64,000 nucleotides of DNA, from the NCBI GenBank assembly GCA_043228905.1, contig JBHGNT010000015.1, forward strand, positions 11,098,001-11,162,000, written 5' to 3'. This document shows, one piece after another, positions 1 to 15,200 of this stretch. The notes under the pieces are model-generated. The model saw only the letters and a program-made list of their open reading frames with translations. It did no database searches and had not been told where the DNA came from. A program made the translations under genes and the position numbers. The stretch's first letter is position 1. Each line of letters begins with the position of its first letter. This DNA comes from Azolla caroliniana. Lineage: Eukaryota > Plantae > Polypodiophyta.

Positions 1-2325
1 GTGTTCACTTAATAAATATACAATCATATGGAGCTATCAACTTGCATGAACAAGTCTATACTACAAATATAAATCCTTGAACTACCACAAAAGCCAAAAC
101 AAGGTTGTGAAAGATATGGATTGTTTCATTATTATAGTAATGTGAACTATTGCTAGAAAAACGTAAGAGAATATGAATTCCTTGAATAGCAATGATAATG
201 AGTTAAAGCACCATTGTAGCTAAGAAACAAATTCAATTACATGTAAAATGACTATTGGAAAAGTAAATTTCATATCTTCATCGGATCATCATGCATCTTT
301 TTGGCCATTTTCAATTTCCATAGCCACTAGGTGTCGCAATTATTTAGTTTAGAATTTACTTTTTTCCTTCATTTTGTTGTTTGAGTATCTATGACTACAA
401 GTTACAACACAAATATTTTCATCGATGATGTGCTTTTGGAGCCTTAAAGGAGTCCTAAAATGAAAATTTCTGATAGAAAAGAAATAACAAGGATATTTAA
501 ACCTCTTCTCCCCTTCTTCTTCTTGTTTTTCCAAAAAAGAATATACTCCATTAGTTAAAATATACACAAACTTGATCCCTTTCTCGGGTAGGCCATGCCA
601 AGACTATCCTATCCTACATAAGAGATCTTGCTTATTTATCTTACACTTTCACATATGTCTCTAGCCATCCTTTCATACACTTCACCTACATTCACTATCC
701 CACATGCCATGTCTTTCACGCCCCTCGTTCAACTAATGGGAGGGGGGAACAACCATCTTGGTACTTCATACTTCCATAGTATATCCATTCCATTTGTTGC
801 GGCCATCGGTGTAGTACACCATCGCTTTCGAAAATTCAGCCTCATTAGTTATGCAGCATCATCAGTACCATCAATCTGCTCATATTGAGCTCTTAGTGTA
901 GTTATTAATGTGTGCTAGATTAGCTTAATCAATTTAGTTGGAGGGCGTTTGTGTGCTGAAAATACCTTGGTACACCTTGCTGTCCATATACACCATATAG
1001 TAATGGGGGTAAGCAACGTCCAAAGATCTCCAAGTTTTTGAGCCTATGCACAAGTTGTAGGTACCCTGTTGTCAATTGTTGGCCTATGTTTTTTTAACAA
1101 CATATTATCTCATGTTACCAATGATTCCTTACATTTTCATGACATGAAACACTAAGTTTGCTAAGAATATTTTAACCCTCTTGTATGTTTTTAGAAAAGT
1201 TTAAAGAATGTTGAACTATCAACATTATGGTTGAAATTTTAGTTTTTCAATAATAATAAGAGTGCAACAAAAGTCAAAAGGATGTGCCTATACAACATTA
1301 AGTCTCACAAAAGAAAATTGCTATTAAATGCCATGGTTCCACTATTGGAAAAAATGTAATATAACGTGTGTAGAAGCAAAGAATTGGTGTACATTCACTC
1401 CACAAACCAAGCACCATATCGATAAGTTTTGGACACATTAGCAAGACATTAGCAAGACACTTAATTTGATCAAATAATAGACCATATTGGAGACTATTTT
1501 AGCAAAATTAACGTGTTTTCACATTTAGAGAACCCAAAGAATTATCTAATTGTTTCTGGGAAGCCTATTTCTTTGGAACATTTTATGCCACTCCTTAGAG
1601 AGAGGGAGAGATGTTTTGGCATAGTCATCACAAGACCTATTTCTAGATTAATGTGCATTTTTCTACTATCCTACGTTGTTGCATTTAAATAATATATCAT
1701 TATACTAATGTATTAGTTGTTGTAGTGCACATATTCAATGTTTCCATGTAATATAAGGACAAGAAGGTCCATGGTACATTGCTTGTTTAGAGAGGAGACA
1801 CACACTATTGTACGATAGTTTGCTTCATATAAATGAATGAAACAATGACATGTTTTGCATACATATGACCATTTGACAGTTATACGCAAACCATGCATTC
1901 TTGTCTATATTAAACCTCAACTTAAGGTAGAGCCCCACAAATAATGGCTTGAAATATACTTAATACCAAAAATATGTTAGTGGCCCCAATAAAGAACCAT
2001 GTTCTAGCCTCCCCAAAGTTGACTTGCATGAAAAAATCATCTATTTCCTTTGTAACAACCAATAAGTAGGACTTCTAGTCAACCACTCCAAGTTGTGACC
2101 TTTCTTACTGCACATTGAGTTTTTTTTTTCCCCCAAAAAAATCTACTTCCATTAGTTAAGAAAAAGTACATAGGATAATACATATACAACTCATATGTTA
2201 CAAGCCACTTTGCATGGCACCAAGAAAACATGTATAAATGAAACAACAAAGCCTCATCGCATAATTACTCGACAGAATCCCCACAACATGAGCCTCACGC
2301 AACCCACATTCAACAAAGACACCCT

Positions 2326-2524
2326 CCAATCTCTTCACAATTCAGCACCCACCTCTAGGTTTGGTACCCTTGGAGGAAATAGCCATCGGGGTGGTTGATA
2401 AATCCACTTTGCATTGTCATCCACCAATCTCTTCACAATTCAGCACCCACCTCTATGTTTGGTACCCTTGGAGGAAACAACCATCGGGGTGGCTGATAAA
2501 TCCACTTTGCATTGCCATCCACCA
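2326..2524. repeat. Tandem duplication, 2 x 98 bp
   Basis: ccaatctcttcacaattcagcacccacctct... starts at 2326 and 2424 with few mismatches. Confidence 0.9.
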
Positions 2525-3517
2525 TCTGAAGATACCACATTGAGTTCATTGATGACATCTACATTCATATTAAAACTATCGGTTGTGATCTTCGAATGCT
2601 TTTCAATCAATAACTATAGTAAACTCCCCTAGTTATCCTATCCTCATGGCATGCACACATATTGAATGCATACTTGGATTGCTTTCCAAGTCATAAATTG
2701 ATAAAATTGCATATAAAATAAGCGCTTAATACCAAAACTCATGCATTTATTTTTGTGCGTTTTGTGGATAAATTTCTAAGGGGGGTCACTTATCTTGGAT
2801 TGTATTTGTTTTCACACTATTAATAACAAAAAGCCCCCATTTTGGTCAAGCCATTCAAATGCCAACATGCAAAAGTGCTAAGGATCTTGAACTTGAATGA
2901 ATCTCACAATTTGGTAGCAACTTACAACATAAATGTATCACATCTTTAATTTGTTTGTAAATTATAGCTTTTGAGAATTTTTAAATGCAGCACATTTTCT
3001 TTGCAAGTTTAAATGTGTCATTTATACCCATCTTTAGTGATATTGTGTGTGTGTTGGTTAAAAAACCTAGGTTCACCCATCTCATGAACCGTATCGTCAA
3101 TGTTGCTCCTACAAACCGAGCACATAAATTCAAAAAATTAACACGTTCTACCATGAGATACCTATCATAAGCACAGATTGTTTGAAAGGGAACAAGCCTC
3201 TTCCAAAAAAACTCATAGTAAACCTCAATGATGTGTTCTTGCGTGTTTTATTGCATTATGATATGAAACAAAATTTTGAAGTAAACAATAATTACATTGA
3301 TATCTTCATATAATGACAATTTTAATCATTATCAATCAACATGGTCCATGCAAGTCTTTCCTATCTAAGATCTTTTGACAACATTAGACACATCCATACT
3401 TTAGTTCTCTTTTGAAATTAACGTAGAAAGAATGCAAATAGCACATGGCACTAGCACAAATAAGAGTTGTAAATAATGGGATACGCAGATGCCTATCTTC
3501 GTACTTCATTTGTCATG

Positions 3518-3518
<1 letters not shown>

Positions 3519-3557
<39 letters not shown>
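3519..3557. repeat. (TA)n microsatellite
   Basis: Direct reading. Confidence 0.95.
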
Positions 3558-3562
<5 letters not shown>

Positions 3563-4849
3563 AGTCATGACTTGTAAACTTTAATATTTGTAGTTATCTA
3601 CCAAATGTGAGGCGAGAATGGTTAGAGAGCACAACGCTCCTCATGTTCATTGATGTGATGTTGATTGATAAGGTTGCATAGGTTGGCGTGAGCTTTTTCC
3701 AAATTGAGTCACATAATTGATTTATAAGCATAGAGTTTTCTTACAGGATAACAAAAAACAGCAATTGGTTTTCTCCCTTAAAAAAAATGTGTGGTTTATC
3801 TATGACTTGATCAATTGCCACCACGCAAGCAAACAAAACTTGTCATGGGAGTTAAACCAATGTATGGTGATCCAATGTGCTAAAATTATTTGCATTCAAT
3901 GTAAGTCTACTTTTTCGCACTTTTTAGTTCGATGATGAAAAGGAGAATATTCATGAAAGTGGTCATTGGATATGCGAGAGAGCATCCAAATATGACTCTT
4001 ACAAATTAGATGTTTGTGTGTGCTAAATTAATAAATTTATTTTTAGGAAGGACAAAAGACTAGTCTTTGTGAAGATGGCAAATAGATGGAATCCCTTTAA
4101 TAATGCTACGACTTTTTTTTTAAACTTAATATGTATGCATGTATGTATGTGCGCATAATGTGTGGAGCCTAATGTTTTTGTGAGAGAACATGGTTTTTCT
4201 CATATGAGCAAAATAACCACAATGCCAAAAACAGCTTGTTAAGTATGGTATCTAAACAAAAGTTATTACATATATGAAGGATGGTATTGGAATAAGAGAA
4301 ACTTATAATAACAAAAAATTTACGTTAATCTAAAGTTGAAGAGTCTACACACACACACACACGTGTGAATGTATATATAGTGAGCTAGCCAAAGGAAGCA
4401 TATAATGATCCGTAAGGTAATAAAAACATTGTTTGTCCTACTAGGAAATCGATAGCAGACTATATGCTTCGTTGTTCTAACATGCTAGTTTAAAACATGT
4501 TATTTGGTTTCAAAGGAAAAGGTATTGAGGTACAATCTACCAAAAGAATTCAAGGATCTTGATCCAATCCAAATTATCCTTGGCTTTTTCAAAAAGCGAA
4601 TTAATACCAAATTAGCTTAATTTAAGAAGTGGAAATCAAATTGTTTTTACTTCTCATAAAGGCTTCGAATGATTGTAATTTAACTAACAAATTCCTAAAC
4701 AAAAATAGCTCAAGGACTAATAAATTTAAAAATTCAATTTGCTCATAATTATTAATGGATAACTCTATACTAATGGGTATTTAATTAAGCTACTTCGTAT
4801 TTTAATTAGTATTGCTAAGTTGAAGCAATTATGTGATTGTGGCTTAATT

Positions 4850-6330
4850 TCATTGATTTGGCATTAATCAAGCTTACCAATTGAACTTGATGTTTTGCTA
4901 GAATTTGATAGGGTTTGGTAAATTCCCATAACTTGCACGGTGTTATATTGGTAGAATTCCCTTCAAAAAATCCCTCTAAGGTTTGGTAGCCTGTTGTGCC
5001 TATCTATATACATTGGTGATTGAATGTTTTTTCTACCCTACTCCTAGTGGGGCATATCATTAGGTGGTGTTGATTGTGATTACCCATTATTTGTAATCAA
5101 GACAAAGGCATGAGGTTCAAGTGTCACCAACTTATGGCTTAAATGCCCTCTGAATTTATACTAAGAGAGATTGTAATTCCTTGTTCCATTTTATCGTCAT
5201 CTTGAAGTTTCATGTGTGATATGTTAATAATGTCTCTGTATAAATAATGGATAACACTTTTATACCTCGATGTGTTGAAAAAGAGAGTTCATGGTGATTA
5301 TTCGTTCTATTTTGAAGTGTTACTTGATATTGAAGTATTGAATGAGAAAAATGTTAATGGAAAATTTAGAAGTGACCTTAAAGTGATTACTATAGCATTT
5401 AATGAAAATAGACATCTAATTAAAGTCAAGTTGGTTTCATGTAGTCCAAAAATTTATAAAATTAACAAATGTGTCTCAAGGTTTCTAGCAAATCTCGTGA
5501 TATACACTCTTTGATTCTAATACTTTCCGTAATGTAGCAAATTCTGTAAATTATGAAGCCACCTTTAAGTGATTAAGATACTCTAATGAAAATAGATATA
5601 TGATTAAATTTAAGTTTGTTCCATTCAGTTCAAATGTTTATAAAGTTAAGCAAATGCATCTCAAAGTTAAAATTTGTTAGCAAATCGCATGAAATAAACG
5701 ATTTGATTCTAGTGCTTTCTATAGTGGACTTTATTGCTTGATGAAAAAGCATTGGTTCTTTCATAGAGTTTTCAATGAATTTCTATTGTGATCAAATTTC
5801 CATTTATGTGCATCCTTGCTAGAACAAAACCTACCTCATCCCTAGTGTCCTTCTCTTACCAAAGGTTTTTCTAGGGCTAATGAGTGTGTCATATGATTTC
5901 CATATGTTCACTTGCAATTCATTAGGATGAGAGGCATCGATGTTAGAATTTAGAATATAGGTTGAAATTTGGAATTCGTTGTTGAGGACCACCGTTGTTA
6001 TTACTAGTCTCCCAATGTTGAGGCCATGCAGACCATGAAGGGTATTGAGCTCTTATATCATAAAGAAACATTCATATGAGCCAATGTAGATCCAATATCG
6101 TGGTTTTTGGTAATAAAAGGATGGCAATTATATCTACCTTTTCCTCTTTCCTAAAATTTATGCTAGAGGATCCCACCTCAACTCTATGAAACATATCATG
6201 GATTTCCTCCTCGTTCACCATCCATTGGAAAAAAAATCATGAACTTATGCAAGATAATTCTTTGTGGCATATTGTGTCTATCATGACCCCCCGATCAACA
6301 ACAAGGCAATAAGACACCTACCAACCACTT
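4850..6330 (+). mobile_element. Highly decayed L1-like LINE remnant (ORF1 end and APE endonuclease start)
   Basis: Frameshifted traces: ILVEFPS (about 4946), LPIIC..C zinc-knuckle-like (about 5080-5150), FTCNSLG and LLY..ET resembling APE motifs (about 5907-6070); weak. Confidence 0.3.
5376..5719. repeat. Diverged tandem duplication, period about 186 bp
   Basis: cct..aagtgatta...aatgaaaataga...ttgattcta..ctttc at 5376-5527 and 5562-5719. Confidence 0.8.
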
Positions 6331-9046
6331 TGTTCTTTTAGAACATATCTTTTGTCATTTTGCCTCTCCGTTGTCTCACTACATGCTAGTGGAATGTTTA
6401 AGAAATATGTACAATTATAAAAGTATATCATTACAACACCTAATTTCATTATCTCAACTCGTGATCCCCCCTCCCTATTTATTTCTCTACATTTAGGAAA
6501 TGTTGACATTTTATTTTGGGGGTGTGTGAATGCACGCCAACTTAATCAACCTCTTTACACACACGCGCACGCACACATACTCATGTATGATAAAAGCTCG
6601 ATAAATGTACTAATGAGCTTGAGGACGATTCTCCTTTGACATTGATATATGAAATGCCATTTGCTCTATAGAGAGCAATACTGGTGTGCTTTGTATTTCA
6701 TGCAACTTTTCCTCTTCATTTGTTGATATTTCTCCACAACCTCCCCACTTTCATTTCATCTAAATAAGAACACCTAGCATGTGAGAATGAAAGAGAAAGA
6801 TCGATGGAGAGGGTTGTTGTTTGTATCCGTGGTATGTCCATGTAAGGAATAAATTTGTGGGGCGTCCAAACACGGCTTATTTAACATCATGGAAAGATAA
6901 AATTCAGTGAACATCAGTGAAGGAAAATCACAATAAGTCTTTATTGAACATTTGACACCTTGTAGGGATGTATGTATGTGCATGTGTGTGAGGAGTGAAC
7001 ATTAAGATATTTGTATCATCTAACACAAAACAAATATTCATTTCTTTGTATTTCTCTTTCTGTCATGTTTCCTTTTCACACTTATAGATTCTTGATATGC
7101 CTTTTGACAAAAAGAAGCAATGCTTCAATGTCTCCTATTAAATCCTCTTGTTTAGCAAGAGACATCTAACCTAACATGTCCCAATGAAATTAATTTTTTT
7201 TGTGTGCCAATGTTGAACATTCATATACAATCCTTGTTCAACATAATCAATAGGAAGTAACCTCCTAACAACCAAATAATATATCTTCTCCATCAAAGTG
7301 CTTCAATGTGTTCTCTCACCCTAATTCACCTACATTTTTTGTAGCATAATTCCAATGGCATTAATTACACCCAAAGATGATGTGACATTTGATGCACATT
7401 AGGAATATAATGTGATCATTGTTATGATAATCTATAGTTTATCTTTTAAGCAAGTGTAACATTCATCAATTTTAACAAGGAAATTGTATGGTTATATTCA
7501 AAATTGTAGGATATTTACCAGAATAGTAGATTTCATGTTCTTTCTTGTCAACTATTAAATATAATGCATTTCAAACAAGGGATATAGTATTAATGCAATT
7601 GCCTCATCTTTAAGGTTTGACACATGTATTAGGTTGATTATAGCTCCATAGATGTATCTACTAGATAATTTCATTGTACTTCAAGAACAAAATCATTAAA
7701 AGCCTCTAATATGCCAAACATATGACTTATAACATGCATTATGCAGCCTAATCGAAGAAACCATTGTATCAACAAATCATTCTCCAAATGTGTAACAAAA
7801 ATTGCTTTCTATTAACGATTTTACAAGAGAAATGTTATTATTTCATGGGAGAGAATTAGGTTATAAAAGTCACATTATATGGGTTTATCATACATATAGA
7901 AAAGAATACCATAGAAGTTCTATTATTTTCATGTAGGAAATATTTATTGGTTTTCCTTTTCATACTATAAAAATACACTAAAAAATGATGTCTTGAACAT
8001 CAGTAGAACAAAATATTAATGTTTACCAAAAGATAGCATCATCATATTATAATCTGCATCATTTAATTGATCAAATTTCCAAAGTGGTCTGAAGGCTGAA
8101 CTGCCAAATTTAACTCAATGACCAAAGGGTTATATATATAGCTAGCAAACACAAGGGGAAAGGATCAATTTAAAAGGCTACAAGATGATCTATCTAGTGT
8201 CTTTTATTCCCCATGTCCATCTTGGATGCTTAAAAGTTTAGACAAATCAAATAAACAAAACCAGCCAATGAGCTCTACATAGAACTTGCTCTTTAATTTT
8301 CACATAGAACTCCAAAATACCACCAGGCTTAACTTTATTTCTCATATTGGCCCTAAGTTTTCATCATTTTCCTAAATTACCATCAAATCTACCTCAATCA
8401 ATTATATGATCAATTTTATCCCATTCCGATGTGCTGTTCGAGAATTTGTATGCTATAGATACATTTCCTTTTTCTCTCTTTCAATGGTTGATCGATCATC
8501 AGCAATGCCAAAAAGCCTAGTTCTTCAAAGTTTTAACATTTTCGGACTTTACACATTTGGATCAAACAATATGATACTAAGGAATCCTTCAAAGGGAATC
8601 ACAAGAAATATACTCTGATTCATTTCAATCAATATATTTTTCAAAAGACCATAAACGTATTTCTGAAAGATACAAACAAAAACACAAAAACAAGTTTGAC
8701 GATTTGAGCAGTTGAGAAAATTATTATATCTATGATATTGAAAAAAACACTTCTTGTTGCATCTTTAAAACATCATTTTCATATATATATAGAGGGTTTG
8801 GAGTTTTAGGGCCTAGGGCGAAGAGAATAAGACCCATTAAACAACACTAGTTCTTCAGGTAAGATGTATTTGCTTTTGTATCAGTCAGTGTTGTGGTTTG
8901 TATAGCTTTCCAAGAAGAAAATCATATTTCCTTTATTTGCAATTGGAACACATACAACTGCGCTTCATCAAGCCCAACTATGATCGGGTACTGAAAGTAA
9001 TATGCAAACTTACATAAAAAAGATACTAGTCCTTGGTTTATTTCTT

Positions 9047-9232
9047 TCAGACACCTGTTAGGTTTATCAATTCCTGGACAACACCAGGATCAGCAAGAGT
9101 ACTTATGTCTCCTAGCTCGTTAATTTCTTTTGATGCAATTTTCCTTAAAATTCGGCGCATAATCTTCCCACTTCTAGTCTTTGGAAGTGAGGGTGCCCAA
9201 TGAACTTTATCAGGGACTGCGAACCCTCCGAT
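9047..9232 (-). CDS. ACS: ACS exon 18 (last; catalytic Lys motif, TGA stop)
   Basis: aag|[33 protein letters not shown]...LTGV*. Confidence 0.94.
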   Translation of the reverse strand: MGGFAVPDKVHWAPSLPKTRSGKIMRRILRKIASKEINELGDISTLADPGVVQELINLTGV

Positions 9233-12200
9233 CTTTAATATTAAAAACCATAACGCAACAAGAAGAAAATAAGCTAAAAAACACATTGTACAATTTTGAT
9301 GACGTGGAAATCAAAAGTGAAACCCAGCATTCAATGAAATAGGGAAAAGCTACGAAATATCCAGGTTTTTCTTTGTTTCCTCAAATGTTCCTGTGTTTCT
9401 GTTATTTCCCAACTGACCTTGGTCAACCACCAGTCAAGCAATTATAAAATCAATTCATTGTAATTGTATTGCAGAGAGGCATGTGGCAATACAACAGAAA
9501 CTTAGGGGCATTTGGGAAATAAAGAACATCTCAGGTATTCGAGCCTTTTTCCCAATAAAATAATGTCATTAGATGTGACACAAACCTCGGTACGAACAGC
9601 ATCTCGGAGACTTGAACGAAGTTCCTCGCTGTACGGGACCCCTTCTGTCAATGTAACAAATGCATATATGCATTGTCCTTTAACCTGCAAATAGAGCCAG
9701 AAAAACGTGTATGCATATTACATGCATCTCTGTAAATCCTAATCACAATTCTTATCTAGAATTAATTGGATTTTATATAGCCACACGTGAAAGGTTTTAC
9801 CTCATGCTCAACTCCCACAACAGCTGCCTCAGCACACAGGGGGTGAGAAACAAGTGCAGATTCTACTTCTGCTGTTCCAATGCGATGACCACTATGATAG
9901 ACAATATATACCACAGCTCAGGATAGGTTTATAACAAATATAGTGTATCAGACACTGCACAATCTATTGAAGTGAGGACAACATGATAGATTTTGGCATT
10001 AAATTATTTCCCAGAAAAAAACATCATGATAGTACAACAAAAAAGATTATCAACATCCAAGATTCTCCGCAATGGTTTTTCATCGGTCTTTTTAAGAAAA
10101 AACAAGCATAGAGCTTTCTGAACTTATTCATTTCGAAAAAGTTCTGGTCATCATCCATAATCAAACGAACATACAAAGTTCTGGTCAACATCCAAAATGC
10201 CTAAATCTATAAAACATTTTATAATTAGATTTTCCATTGCATACCTCACATTAATCACATCATCAACTCGGCCTGTTAGCCAATAATATCCATCTGCGTC
10301 CCTGCAAAAATGTTTAACAAGAGTTCAGTAGAACAATATTAATTTCTATGACCTTCATACAAAATCAATGGTATATATATACCTGTGACATCCATCACCA
10401 GAAAAATAGAATCCTTTGAATGGTGCATAGTATGTGGTCTCATATCGTGCATGATCTCCATAAAGTGTTCTGAAAGTACCAGGCCAGGAGCGCTTTATAC
10501 AAAGGTATCCATTGCATACACCATCTAGTTCATTCCCATTCTCATCAACAAGAGCGGGCTATTCAAGCAAAATTTACATCATTAGAATCATCATGATTTT
10601 CTATTATCTTACAATATGCATCAAACCTAAATGGGTTCCATTCATGCTCTCCCTATGATTCTTAAAAAGGACTTTGTACAGAGTGAAACCATATTCGTAT
10701 CTCTACTATCTAGAATATTGATACCTGGATACCAAAGAAGGGGAATGTTGCAGACCCTGGTTTCAGAGCCCACGCACCAGGCAGAGGTGTTATCTATGAT
10801 AAAAGTAAAAACTAAGTTAGAGATTCCAGTGATGTAATAGTCCAGTGAGAGTGTATTTTACAGTATAATAGATGGCAGTTCCCAACAAAGCTCTAACGCA
10901 GATTTCTTAATAGGAAAATCAAAGAAATATAGATGAAAGCAACTCCATGAAATTTTCAACAAGGTAGAATTAGTTACAGCATTCTCCACTGATTAACTAG
11001 GAACTTCAAAGTTGTGATACTGGAATCTTTTTCCCTACATATTACAGAGGTTGCAACTCTGCTGGGCCAAACTGTGTGGCCTCTCTTTAATTTCCAGAGG
11101 CTTCAGATTCCCTTTTTAATAATACTTCTCTTTCTTTTGCTGATTCACCTGTCACTAATTCTGCTCTCAACAAAGTAACAATCACTTTTTCTCTAGTTTA
11201 ACCTTCTTGCTAATTGAAAGGTGTGGAAATGAGTGGATTGTCAAATACTTCCAAGACTCGCTCTTGGCCTTGGCGTGAACCCGTGAATTCAGCCTGATTA
11301 AGGGCAAAAAATGCAGAAATAATTGGAGGTATTCAGGACAATATTGATAAGAATTCCTTTTTTAATGGAGATAATTGGGAATTATTGGGGAGAAATTTTG
11401 AGAATCGATTCCCAGTTTTGATTATCCAAGAACAAGTCCAGAATAGAATTGATCATTAATATTTTGTTTTCATAAGGACAGATAAGCACCTCCATAGATT
11501 CTTATCATAGACATTACTGATGAGGAAAGAAGAAACTCCACGTAGTAGAAAAATGGTAAGACAAAGAATAAAACTGGTAGCATACCATAAAACCTCCTGT
11601 TTCAGTTTGCCACCAAGTGTCTGAAATTGGGCAACGGCTATCACCGACAACTTCATAGTACCACCTATGTTTAAAAGAAGTAATCAATCAGGGGCATTTA
11701 AAATGTTCTACACTTAAAATCCAAATCCCTATCTCTTGATCTGAATATCAATGAGAAGGGGCGCATACTTCCAAGCACTTGGATTAATGGGCTCCCCAAC
11801 AGTGCCAAGAACCCTCAATGATTTCCGAGAATATCTTTTCACTGGCTGTGATCATCAAACGAAATAATATTCTGTGGTAAATTACCATGTTTCCATTGAC
11901 AACTGGTTAGCCATGAGTGCACGAAGTGTTATACATGCTTGATCTTGCATGCGTGACTTCTTGCCCCATTTATATAAAATAGTGTACTCCTATCTCAGAA
12001 GATCCAAACTTAAAAAGGATAGCAAGGAAGTCACCTCTTCCCCAGATCGCATCAATGAACGTATGGCAGTAGGTGCAGTATAAAAGATAGTAACATTGTA
12101 TTTGTCAACAATTTCCCAGCAACGTCCAGCATCTGGATAATTTGGTACCTGTTTGTCTCCCAGCATATTTTAATATATTGCCTTACTGATCATAAAGATC

Positions 12201-15200
12201 TACATACAGATGTCTTGAGTTTTACTTACACCCTCAAAAACTACTATTTTCGCTCCATTAAGCAAGGGGCCATAAGTTAAATAGCTATGACCAGTGATCC
12301 AACCACAATCTGCTGTGCACCTATATTTGTAATGCCATTTTCAGTTTGCATTTAGCTTCAAACAAAGGTTGTAAAACTAAAATTGATATTCACACAAAGA
12401 TTAGTGGTTTTCCTAGAAATTAAGAGAATAAAAAGCATAAAAAACTTAAAACAATGTCATGGCAATAAGAAATGCATTCATAATATACTAAACATAGTGA
12501 TAAACGTAAAGAAAACAATCATGGGCAACTGAGACAAAAACAGACCAAGATTGAGTGCTTCCAAACCACATCCCAACAACCACCACGAAAAATTAGAGTT
12601 AAAACAGGGAAAGTGTTTCTTGGTTATAGAATGTATAGAAACATAGATGCGGACATATGAGAATAGAAATCTACAAATATTCAAACAGAAGTCTACAAAT
12701 ACAAGAAAGGCAGGATACAATCGCAAAAAAACACTGTGAAATATAGGAGATTTTACAATAGAAATATCTCTAATTGGAGGTAAATGAAGCAAGAACAAAA
12801 TCATCCTAGAGCGTAATAATAAAGTTCAAGTGAGAAAAATCCCAACATGAATCAAAACAGTTTTTTTCATGATGTGTCTACAAGAATATCCTTTGGTTGA
12901 TAAATGAAGCGAAGAACAAAAATAAACCCTAAAAGCACAATAATAAAGTTTAAATGAATAGACATGAATCAAGAGTTTTCCTTCATGATAATACTGCAAC
13001 AATACCCTCTTCCTGACAGAAGTAAATGAAATGAAGAACAAAATCATCCCAACATCATCATGATAAAGATCAAGAGAGGAAATTCTCTACAGAGATGAGC
13101 ATATCCAAGTAGACCCAATAAAATCATTATAAATGTGGATACATAACATATGTTCATGTGCGTCCCGTGGTTTTGGCCTTAAAAAACCACAAATACCCAA
13201 GTAGTATTCTTGGCTCACCAATTGGTGCTCGTAGCGAATAGCATCTAAGGGAGTTAAGAATAAATGCAAACTAGCACACACTACTTTATATAAACGTTCG
13301 GGCCGTACACATTCGACTTGCATGAGTCAACTCCATAGCCAAGGCTTGTGATCTAAGCATGACAAGACATAACCTAGTTGGTTAGGGATTATATCCAAGA
13401 ACCCGACATACAAGGTGAATACAATATATATCTAGCACATTGGGCATAGCATGGCCAGGATTGCAAGCCTTGTGCACACATAATACCCAACTAGCAATAT
13501 GTCCAGCAGTTTAAAATGCGACACTAGCTCATCAAGGGCAGCAGATGAAACAAGGTAAGTTTACCCAGCTTCCTTGGGACCTCGTCACATTTTTCTTATA
13601 TTTATTGATTCGAGAGTTCACCACAGTTGTTCATTGTGCTGGGCTTCTCTCAACATTGACTGAGATAATATAGCTGAAGTATTTGTATACAAGGGTACAA
13701 CTATAGAATTAGACTCCTTAGCAATTTACAAAAATCACAATAACATCACATAATATGCCAGAATGGCTTATCAGCAATCAAGGGATTTGTTTAAATCAAG
13801 CTTTACTAAAGGAAATAAAAATATTAAGGCTAGAGTTATTCAGAATCAGAAAAAAAACACAGATCTAACAAACAGTGAGAATCTATCAAATAAAATACAT
13901 GTACGAAATTCAAAAATAGTAAAGAAGATCAAGATCATGCGTATGGTATACACTTTATAATGCAGGTTCCAAAAAATCAATGCATATAAGGATAGTAAGA
14001 AAGTTCCTGGAGCTACAACAAAAAACAGTCTGGTTAACCCTGAACTGCATATGACAAGAAATAAATGCATTTCAATGCACTTTCTTACCAGTACACATCA
14101 TCAGAATGAAAATCAAATGCATATTTGAATGTTGTAGCTGTATATATCATATAGCCACCTGTTGTATGCAAAACACCCTGCAGTAATCCATGCAATATGA
14201 GCAATGTTAGACTGGAATAAGTTGAACGTAGTTAAAAATCATATTTGACGCCATAGCATATCTTGCCTTTGGCTTCCCTGTGCTCCCACTTGTATACAGT
14301 AAAAATAGAGGATCTTCGGCATCCACCCACTCAACATTGCAAGTAGTTGCATAGCTTGGAATCACATCCTGTTAATAAATTCAACATCATGGATGAGAAC
14401 TTTGTTACATGTGTACCTGTCAAATATGTTTTTTGTCAAAAATACTTGGGAATCACGATACTTCCATGTTTGCCAGTGCAATAAACTGAAGAGCATTGTG
14501 CATATTCAAAAAATGTAACTTTGGAATAAGACACACATATTCAATGGATCAAATGCATTATAAGTTAGTACTCCCGGATTCATGACATGAAAGCAAAATA
14601 ATGAAGCAATGTTCAGTTAGAGAAATGCACACCTGCCACCAAATATCTCTTCCATCTTTCCAAGGTGTGCTCTCTCTTGATAAAGCCGCATCATTTGCAT
14701 AAGTCAAACAAACATCTGTAGAGACATGGAAAATAAGTTTCCATAAAAAACTGAAGCAACTAGCTTATGTAAAAGTTGGAAGTTGACCCCATAAATATCA
14801 GTATCATCATGAACAACCCCCCATTGAATTAAAAACTGTGTCAACGTTAGTATAACTTTACCAACAGAAACACCATGTGCAAGGGAGTTTAATAGTGCTT
14901 CATCCACAATTGGCTTCAAACGAAGAACTTTAGGCCCTCTGCGTACTGCATTGCATGTTATTATAACTTTAGGCTTGCAATCAAGCACACGCTGTGCAAG
15001 AGATTCTGCAGAAAAGCCTGCAAATACTACCTTCATGGCCCCAACATATTAGGATTACATTCCTGTGAGTTTCATAAATTGACTAAAAATACTATTTTAT
15101 CGAAAACTGTAACATAAGAGTAGCTTACTGAATGCACAGCTCCAATACGAGCACATGCTAGCATAGCTATAGGGAGCTCCAAAAGCATAGGAAGGTAAAT

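Noticed and set aside
590-890. Possible LINE C-terminal remnant or 86-aa gene
   Set aside because: Only vague W-rich traces; not supportable without a profile search
1-9000. Numerous 60-90 aa ORFs
   Set aside because: AT-rich, no domains or coherent splice chains; expected by chance
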